From Chloroflexota bacterium (lineage in GTDB: Bacteria > Chloroflexota > UBA11872 > VXOZ01), in the NCBI GenBank assembly GCA_965221905.1, contig OZ244922.1:64001-128000 (forward strand): a DNA stretch of 64,000 bases. Reading direction: 5' to 3'. Shown piece by piece: positions 57,583 through 64,000 of the stretch (its first letter is position 1; each line of letters starts with the position of its first letter). The notes below the pieces were generated by a model. The model was not told where the DNA came from and did no database searches. It saw nothing but the letters and a program-made list of their open reading frames with translations. Made by a program: the position numbers and the translations under genes.

Positions 57583-58049
57583 CCATTCATCCTTCGGCCC
57601 TTCGACATGCTCAGGACAGGCACGCTCAGGATGAACGGTACGAACATCTCCAACGGAAAGTCGCCGCTTGTGGCTGGCAAAGTGAGGTATAAACGGCAAT
57701 GAGGCAAGTGTTTCTGACTCACTCCCTCTATGGTGGGGGGGAATTAGTTACAGGAGTCTTGCACTAAAGAGCGGGGGACAAGCCCCCGCTCTACGGTTTC
57801 GGAGTCGCATTTAGGAGGATGGGGGGGGGGGGGGTGATCGTTGGGATGAAGACCGAATAATCCTGTACGTACGCCAAGACGGCAAGTGATGGGGCCGTCG
57901 GTTCCTTAACGACCGTAGGGGCACGGCATGCCGTGCCCCTACGGTCTCACGCTTATGCGCCCTCACCCTAACCCTCTCCCACGGGGAGAGGGAACAGTCG
58001 AGGAAGTTATCGCCCTCGCCTTAGCCCCCTTTACGCAGCGGGAGAGGGG
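57583..58049. repeat. Large mixed cluster: F (57583-57638), B (57770-57794), G14 tract (57821-57834), A variant (57915-57942), E (57958-57992, 58010-58049)
   Basis: Each element matches copies elsewhere in the window. Confidence 0.85.
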
Positions 58050-58128
58050 ACTTCAGGCTCAGTGAAAGACTTCTGTCTTGTCCAACGTGGTAGTGCACGT
58101 GTTTCTCACTTGCAGGGCGTTGTGCGGG

Positions 58129-59493
58129 CTACTGGTTACTCTCCCATTCGTCCACTGCGGCCTGCATCTGCTTGATTGCCAGTTCAATGGTCTCCTCGGC
58201 GGTGAGCGCCCCTTCCTCCACGAACGCGCGGATCGGGCCGGTTCCCGCAGAGGCGATAGCGCTCGAGGCCGGGTGCGGGAAGTAGCTGGTGGCGTAACCA
58301 ATGGCCTTGACGAACGCGCTCTGGTCGGCGGGTCGCGGATCGTCCGCCGGTGGTGCGAACGTGTCCGCCGCCGAATTTAGCGCAGGCACGGACCAGCCCT
58401 CGCTGCCCATCCAGCGCTGGTGCTTCTCCCCCATTGTCCAGATAGCGAACGCTTGCGCGTCCGGATTCTCGGCACCGCCCTCCAACAGGCCCATCTGCTC
58501 GTGCCCGTTGAACGCGCCGCGAATTCTGGTGCCAGAGATTTCAGTATAAGGCACTTCCACCGTGGAAAACTCGAACGGGTCCGCTTCGCGGAAGGGCTTC
58601 ATGATGAATGTGCCGCCCAGCACCATGGCGACCTTGCCGGTGGGAAAGACCCCGGTGCCGTAATAATCCTCTGCAGCGGCCAGGTCTTCCCGATTGGGCG
58701 AGGCGCGGAATTTCTCAACCGAATCCTTCAGTATTAACTGAGTGAGGTGCACGGCAATTTCGCGGTCCACCACGACGTTGCCGTCCGAATCCAACATACC
58801 CGAGTAGAGGAGCGGATAGTACGACCAGGCGTAGCTCAAGGCAGAGATACCCCAGCGCGTGCGCTCCTCGCCTTGGTTCAGGCGGCTGGCAATGTCGGCG
58901 GAAACCGCGATGGTCTCTTCCCACGACATGTCATTTGTCGGCGGATTCTGGCCCGCTTCATCGAACATGTCACCTCTGTAGAAGAGCGCGGTGGTATTCG
59001 AGCCGGTGGGCACGCCCATAGTCTTGCCGCGCCAGGTGACGGCTTCGAAGAGCCGCCCGGCGAAATCAGCCTGATTTATGCCGGCGGCGGCCATGATGGG
59101 ACCGGCATCCAGCCAATTGTCCGCCAGAATGTGGGGCGCTGATGAGGTATTTGCGATATCCGGGATTTCACCGGCAGCCAGCAACGGCGGCAGGCTGCGT
59201 TTCCAGTGCTCCCACGTGATCCTCCACGTGACCTCGGGATACTCTTCCCCGAAGAGTTCCATGGCGGTATTCCAGCGCAATTGGCTGGTCTCGTCGCCCA
59301 TCCACACGGCCCAAACCGGCGTGTGCTCCACCATGGGCGCTTCTTTGGCCTCGGCCTTCGGCGCCTCCTCTACTTTTTCCATTTCCGGAGCAGCCGTCGT
59401 CTGCACCTGACCGCACGCGGCGAGTAACGCGACGCCCGAAATGCCGAGCGTGCCGCCTAGTACCGTTCTTCTGGATAGATTCGTTGTAGACAT
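58129..59493 (-). CDS. sugar-type ABC transporter extracellular solute-binding lipoprotein
   Basis: AGGAG RBS; Tat motif SRRTVL, lipobox LAAC; LFYRGDMFDEAG..PP. Confidence 0.88.
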   Translation of the reverse strand: MSTTNLSRRTVLGGTLGISGVALLAACGQVQTTAAPEMEKVEEAPKAEAKEAPMVEHTPVWAVWMGDETSQLRWNTAMELFGEEYPEVTWRITWEHWKRSLPPLLAAGEIPDIANTSSAPHILADNWLDAGPIMAAAGINQADFAGRLFEAVTWRGKTMGVPTGSNTTALFYRGDMFDEAGQNPPTNDMSWEETIAVSADIASRLNQGEERTRWGISALSYAWSYYPLLYSGMLDSDGNVVVDREIAVHLTQLILKDSVEKFRASPNREDLAAAEDYYGTGVFPTGKVAMVLGGTFIMKPFREADPFEFSTVEVPYTEISGTRIRGAFNGHEQMGLLEGGAENPDAQAFAIWTMGEKHQRWMGSEGWSVPALNSAADTFAPPADDPRPADQSAFVKAIGYATSYFPHPASSAIASAGTGPIRAFVEEGALTAEETIELAIKQMQAAVDEWESNQ

Positions 59494-59668
59494 TAGAAGT
59501 GTCTCCTATTATGTTGCACCAGTGGAATCCTCGGTCTGCCACAGGCCGATGCTTTGCGCCCATTGCCACGTGCGCGTCGGATATCGAGGATTAGCGAAAT
59601 ATTAGCAAGCGGAGCATTGACCCGTAAGTGGGTTGCCACCTCCTTTTCTCCGCGTTGCACATGCTTAC

Positions 59669-59698
59669 ACAATACGCCTTACGGCATATAGTTGTCAA
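59669..59698 (-). promoter_or_regulatory. sigma70-type promoter for the solute-binding protein gene
   Basis: Minus strand TTGACA-18 nt-TATTGT. Confidence 0.5.
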
Positions 59699-59831
59699 GG
59701 TATATCCTGACCACCGGCTCGCGCCAGGAGCTCCGCTGATCGTCTCTGACAGGTGATTTCAACAGGCTCTACGCTGCCGGTAAAAGGAAGAAAGGCATGA
59801 TCTCTACCGAACGACCAGCCTTGTCGCCGGG

Positions 59832-60152
59832 TTAGCTCCCCTCTTCCTTTTGGGCGCTATGCAGCGCTATGGCATCCTCCAGCAACTTTGAGTTTGATTT
59901 CGCCAGTGTCTGAATGTCCGTCAGGAGGATGGTATCGGACTCACTGACCTTATTCTCAGCCCGCTGTTTCATCCTCCTCAGCAGGAAAAGCGACAACACC
60001 ACAATTACGACTGCTACTGCCGCGAGGCCATATGCGAGCCGGGCCGCTAGTTCGCTATCTGTGAGCGAAGCATCCGTGATGGAGGCCACAAATACCAGAG
60101 CGCATATCCAGGCCAGGCTAGATATTCCGCCATAAGAGCGCCAAAACTTCAT
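59832..60152 (-). CDS. small hypothetical membrane protein (2 TM)
   Basis: AAGGAGG RBS; two hydrophobic helices followed by a basic, coiled C-terminus. Confidence 0.7.
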   Translation of the reverse strand: MKFWRSYGGISSLAWICALVFVASITDASLTDSELAARLAYGLAAVAVVIVVLSLFLLRRMKQRAENKVSESDTILLTDIQTLAKSNSKLLEDAIALHSAQKEEGS

Positions 60153-60288
60153 TCTTGATCCTCCTTGTGGAAAACACTAGGTTTGTTTCGTCAGTCCTTG
60201 CACCGGCGAAACGCGGGATACTTCCTTTGTCAACCATTTCTTGACAATACGCCTATAGACTATCACATACAAACCGTCGTCAATACCG

Positions 60289-61122
60289 TTAAGTGCCAAA
60301 TAGCCGCTCTGCGTTGCCCCTGAAGAGCGCTTGCTTTGTGTCATCCGCTACGTCAGCGTATTCGATGCTGAGCTTGGCTGATTCGGCGTAGTTGATCGGC
60401 AGGTTCGTGCCGAAGAGCAAGTGGTCCGCGCCCATGAGCGCGCAGAGGTCGTCCACGTCGCCGATGGGTCCCTGCACCCGCGAGTTTTCGAAGTAGAGGT
60501 TGTCCTGGTGGTAGGCGGAGGACCAGAGGCTGCGCACCTCGGAAAAGGTAGCCCCGCAAACCAAGAAGCGCACACCCGGAAAGCCATTAATCGCCTCCGC
60601 CGCGTCGATCATCGTCACCGAGGGCACTTTCATCAGCCAGTGAGCAAAGCGGGGGTCCTCCACGCCGATTGAGATGAGCACGACCAGGCCATGCTCCTCG
60701 GCCTTGCCCAAGAGTGCCTGCGCCTGGTCGTCGAGAAAGTGGTACTGCTGGTAGTTGGGATAGCCTCGCGCTTCGACTATACGCGGCACGTTGCCTTTGA
60801 GGCGGCTGTATTGATGGTAATTCGGGTGTAGGCGCAGGTTCCGCATGCCGAAGTCGTTGAGGCATATCTCCAGGTCGTGTTCCCAGCCGGGAAAGCCGGG
60901 GTTAATGGTGTAGGCCGGGATAAAACGGTCGGGGTACCGCTGCGCGATGGCGTGCAGCTCTTCGTTCCCTACCAAGAGGTCCTTATAGAAGACGTTCTCC
61001 AAGCGCGAGACGACCGCCTTCTCGATGCCGAGGTCGTCCATCTTGCGTAGACGGTCTTCCGGCTGGGCGTAGGGCAAGCGGCGAAACGGCCACTCGCCGA
61101 GAAAGGCGTTCACATCGATCAT
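60289..61122 (-). CDS. amidohydrolase family protein
   Basis: IDVNAFLG.WPFR, RFIP...INP, LRLHPNYH, LLFGT..P, GNA.RL. Confidence 0.85.
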   Translation of the reverse strand: MIDVNAFLGEWPFRRLPYAQPEDRLRKMDDLGIEKAVVSRLENVFYKDLLVGNEELHAIAQRYPDRFIPAYTINPGFPGWEHDLEICLNDFGMRNLRLHPNYHQYSRLKGNVPRIVEARGYPNYQQYHFLDDQAQALLGKAEEHGLVVLISIGVEDPRFAHWLMKVPSVTMIDAAEAINGFPGVRFLVCGATFSEVRSLWSSAYHQDNLYFENSRVQGPIGDVDDLCALMGADHLLFGTNLPINYAESAKLSIEYADVADDTKQALFRGNAERLFGT

Positions 61123-61158
61123 GAGGCGACTATCCTATTGGAATTTATTGATATTTTC

Positions 61159-61290
61159 CGTCATTCCGGCGAAAGCCGGAATCTAGTCTCTTGATTAGAG
61201 ACGAGCGTCCTGGGTTATTCTCCGTATCACGTGCGGGGCCAGAAACCATCTTCGCTGCATCCCTGGACTCCGGCGGAAGCCGGAATGACG
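61159..61290. repeat. Inverted pair of family D repeats (REPIN-like)
   Basis: cgtcattccggcgaaagccggaatcta ... tggactccggcggaagccggaatgacg. Confidence 0.85.
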
Positions 61291-61478
61291 AGCCGACCGC
61301 CTCTCTTGTTACCGCCCTTGACCTGGAGCGTCCGATTTGGCTGCATTCTTTACGCATCGCTGATTTCATGCTGGGTTCTTGCAGCTTTTTCACACTAGAA
61401 CCAATTTGCCAACGATGTTTCTGACAGTTACAAGCGGGACAGGCACGAAAACTCGTTCATAGCAAACGGACTTGTATC

Positions 61479-62255
61479 TCAAAGATCAATACGTTCTAAC
61501 TCCTGCTGCCGGTCGAAGATGCGCTGCACGTTGGAGCAGAGGATCTTCTCTTTCTCCGCAGCAGTGAGGTCGGCGCCCCATATCTTAGACAGTTGCGACG
61601 TGAACGACCGGCCGGAAGCGTCGCTGCCGTAGACGACGTGATCGGCGCCGACGTGCCTGACGAGGATTTCTGTGTAGCCGTTGTTCGCCTCGTTGCCGCC
61701 CACGTCCATCAGGACGTTAGGGAGACCGAGAGCGCACTTAGCGCCGACTTCGATATCACCGGCGGCATGGCCGAAGAAGAACGTAACGTCCGGGTGGCGC
61801 AGCGCCATTTCGCGCATGTCCGGGCCGCTGGTCTCGGTAGGCAAGTTGCCCGTAACCTCCGCGAACGTGTGCTGCAGCACGGGCAGGCGATACTCGGCGC
61901 AGATCTGCATGATGCCGTCCACAATTGGGTTATTGCCCCGGACCGCTTCCCAAAGCTTGACCCCTTGGCGTCCCCGGAACCCTTTTACGCGGCGCTCCAA
62001 TTCGTCGCAGGCGAACTGCCCGTGCACGGGATTGAGGTACCAGAACGGTATCACCCGCTGTGGGTGCTGCCGGGCGAGGCCCAAGGTGCGGCCGTTGCAG
62101 GCAGTCACGAATTCGCGTGACGGGAAGTTAGGCGAAGCGCTGCCTTCCAGGTTGATGCTGTTCGTGCAGAGCACCATGTCGAGGCGCTCCGCTTGCGCGA
62201 GCGCTCTCTGCATCATTTGCACGCTGCGGAAGTGTACGTGCACGTCGTAGATCAT
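61479..62255 (-). CDS. amidohydrolase family protein (tandem paralog 2)
   Basis: YDVHVH, GVKLW, LPVLQHT, FGHA, YGSD. Confidence 0.88.
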   Translation of the reverse strand: MIYDVHVHFRSVQMMQRALAQAERLDMVLCTNSINLEGSASPNFPSREFVTACNGRTLGLARQHPQRVIPFWYLNPVHGQFACDELERRVKGFRGRQGVKLWEAVRGNNPIVDGIMQICAEYRLPVLQHTFAEVTGNLPTETSGPDMREMALRHPDVTFFFGHAAGDIEVGAKCALGLPNVLMDVGGNEANNGYTEILVRHVGADHVVYGSDASGRSFTSQLSKIWGADLTAAEKEKILCSNVQRIFDRQQELERIDL

Positions 62256-62346
62256 CGCTTGACCTCCGCAAGGGGCGCTTGGACTAAGCAGTCAGATTCG
62301 GCCAATGTATTCTGGTTCGCGGAAGAACGGGCTCTATCAACGCCCC

Positions 62347-62370
62347 GTAGCGCGGGGGCTTGTCCCCCGC
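62347..62370. repeat. Family B copy (reverse orientation)
   Basis: gtagcgcgggggcttgtcccccgc. Confidence 0.85.
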
Positions 62371-62465
62371 CTCTTAGTGCCAAGAGTCACCACCATCTCG
62401 TGCAAGGCGCCTCGCACCACGCCTCCTTTGGCGATACTCCCTCCCGCTGCCACTTCATGATACCT

Positions 62466-63215
62466 CTACCTGGCAAAGAGTGCCGCGGCATTCCCGTAAA
62501 GAATCTTGTCGCGCTCGATTTCTGCAATGTCCGCGCCGTAAACCTTTGCCAACTGCGACGTGAACGACCTGCCCGTCGCATCGCTCCCAAAAACAACACG
62601 CCCGGCTCCCAGGTAGCGGACGAGCATTTCAGTATAGCCGTTCGTCGCCTCGTTGCCGCCGATATCCATCAGCACGTTGTTAAGGCCGAGGGCGCACTTC
62701 ACGCCGTACTCGAGGTCGCTGCCCGCGTGACCCCAAAGAAACGTGACGTCAGGATGCCGCAACGCCATCTGCCGCATCTCTTGCGGCGTGGTCTCGGTGG
62801 GGAGGGTGCCTGCCACCTCGATATTGGTGTGCTGCAGCACCGGCAGGCAATGCTGCGCGCAGAGGTCTAGCACGGGATCGAGCCGCGAATCATCCCCCTT
62901 TACCGCCATCCAGAGCTTAACGCCCTGGGAACCCTCGTGGCGCGCGAGCCGCTGCCTCAGTTCCGCGCAAGCCGTTTCGCCGTGCGCCGGATTGAGGTAC
63001 CAGAAGGGAATGACGCGCTGCGGATTCGCCTGCGCCGCCGCCTGTGTGCGGTCGTTGCAGGCTGTCACGAACTTTGCCGACGGGAAATGCGGCGAGGCGG
63101 TGCCTTCAAGATTGATCGTGTTCAGGCAGAGTACCATGTCAAGCTGCTCAGCCTGGCGCAGCGCCTGCGCAAGTTGCGCTTCGGAGCGATAGTGCACGTG
63201 TACGTCAATGACCAT
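62466..63215 (-). CDS. amidohydrolase family protein (tandem paralog 1)
   Basis: IDVHVH, GVKLW, LPVLQHT, WGHAG, FGSD; colinear with 61479-62255. Confidence 0.88.
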   Translation of the reverse strand: MVIDVHVHYRSEAQLAQALRQAEQLDMVLCLNTINLEGTASPHFPSAKFVTACNDRTQAAAQANPQRVIPFWYLNPAHGETACAELRQRLARHEGSQGVKLWMAVKGDDSRLDPVLDLCAQHCLPVLQHTNIEVAGTLPTETTPQEMRQMALRHPDVTFLWGHAGSDLEYGVKCALGLNNVLMDIGGNEATNGYTEMLVRYLGAGRVVFGSDATGRSFTSQLAKVYGADIAEIERDKILYGNAAALFAR

Positions 63216-63380
63216 GGGCAAGAATTTATCTAGATCCAGTGACCCGAACGGCCCTGTGGCTCATAATCTATGGTAGCGGCAATTGCCGAACGTTGCGGGT
63301 AGAGTGCGCCGCAGGATATTACAATAGAAATTAGACGGATGTGCTGTGCCGTTGCGAGAGATTACGTGAAGGAGATGCCG

Positions 63381-63821
63381 GTGGCTGATTCGCTCGACGA
63401 CATCAAGGAACGCTATGAGGCGCTCGACTTGCGGCTGGAAGCTGCCGATCCGGACGACATAGACCCCGCGTGCCTACTAACTTTTCCGTACGACTATGCC
63501 GACAATCCCGCCGAGGTGATGATCGAGACCAACGAGTTTACGGCGGTCTGTCCGTGGACCGGCTTGCCGGACACCGGCAACTTGACCGTTACGTACGTAC
63601 CGCGCGGGCAATGCATCGAGCTCAAGTCGCTCAAATACTATCTGCTGTCCTACCGGCAGGTCGGCATTGTGCAGGAACATGCCGCCAGCCGCATTCTCAA
63701 TGATCTCGTGCAGGCGTGCGGTCCGCGCGCAATGACCGTGTGCTTGGATTATACGCCCCGGGGCGGACTGCACACGGTGGTGACGGTGCGGTATCCGCCT
63801 GAGACCTCTGGCGCGGATTAG
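63381..63821 (+). CDS. queF: NADPH-dependent 7-cyano-7-deazaguanine reductase (preQ1 synthase)
   Basis: EFTAVCPWTGLPD, IELKSLKYYL.SYR, .QE, PRGG; AAGGAG RBS before GTG 63381. Confidence 0.93.
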   Translation: MADSLDDIKERYEALDLRLEAADPDDIDPACLLTFPYDYADNPAEVMIETNEFTAVCPWTGLPDTGNLTVTYVPRGQCIELKSLKYYLLSYRQVGIVQEHAASRILNDLVQACGPRAMTVCLDYTPRGGLHTVVTVRYPPETSGAD

Positions 63822-63878
63822 TCTTCGAGGGACTTCTCGCTTGGCGTACTCGCCACCCTCCGCAACCAAACTATGTGA

Positions 63879-64000
63879 TCAGGCGTCTGCAGTTTCAGCC
63901 GCGTTGACGCTTGTCTCCGGGTCGCCGCCGAAGATGCCAAACGGATTCATAGAGCGTGGCACATCGTATACGTCCATGCGTTCGGTGCGCTTGAGCCAGC
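63879..64000 (-). CDS. C-terminal fragment of a probable queuosine precursor transporter (VUT/YhhQ family)
   Basis: Manual translation WLKRTERMDVYDVPRSMNPFGIF...ADA*; resembles the LKR.E..D.YD....NPF tail of VUT proteins; convergent with queF. Confidence 0.6.
   Translation of the reverse strand, partial: WLKRTERMDVYDVPRSMNPFGIFGGDPETSVNAAETADA

Noticed and set aside
57550-57702. Short ORF after a strong AAGGAGGT RBS
   Set aside because: Much of it is translated family F repeat; there is no support for a real product.
63222-63380. preQ1 riboswitch upstream of queF
   Set aside because: No recognisable preQ1 stem-loop with an A-rich tail.

Overview
GC-rich bacterial chromosomal segment. The Tat-lipoprotein solute-binding proteins, rnj-ftsK synteny, the many amidohydrolases and the ankyrin, PaREP1 and DUF1640 proteins suggest Chloroflexota, possibly a host-associated lineage (inference). 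Housekeeping genes (aroQ, leuB, rnj, ftsK, fabF-like, pyrG, ubiX, TrmH-family methyltransferase, folB, gyrA, moaC, mmsA, queF) are interleaved with orphan catabolic enzymes and orphan ABC solute-binding proteins. I saw no rRNA, tRNA, CRISPR array or full-length transposase. The most unusual content is intergenic: about seven families of short palindromic repeats (labelled A-F and H here) fill most gaps. (1) A complete DUF559 (Vsr-like) endonuclease gene is bracketed by two inverted 35-bp copies of family E (52897-53313), and about 7 solo family E copies lie elsewhere in the window. This resembles the RAYT/REP arrangement but with a different nuclease class. (2) A 24-bp hairpin module occurs only as an insertion inside other repeat families. 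(3) MITE-like shells with TAA or CTAG flanks carry family F. Other points of note: a 42-bp direct repeat around a 4-kb accessory block, a Tat-exported HNH-like protein with 11-aa repeats, a BacNav-type channel with a TMDGW filter and eroded S4, an atypical GyrA QRDR, and an MBL-fold protein lacking metal ligands next to pyrG. All calls come from reading motifs by eye; no searches were run.
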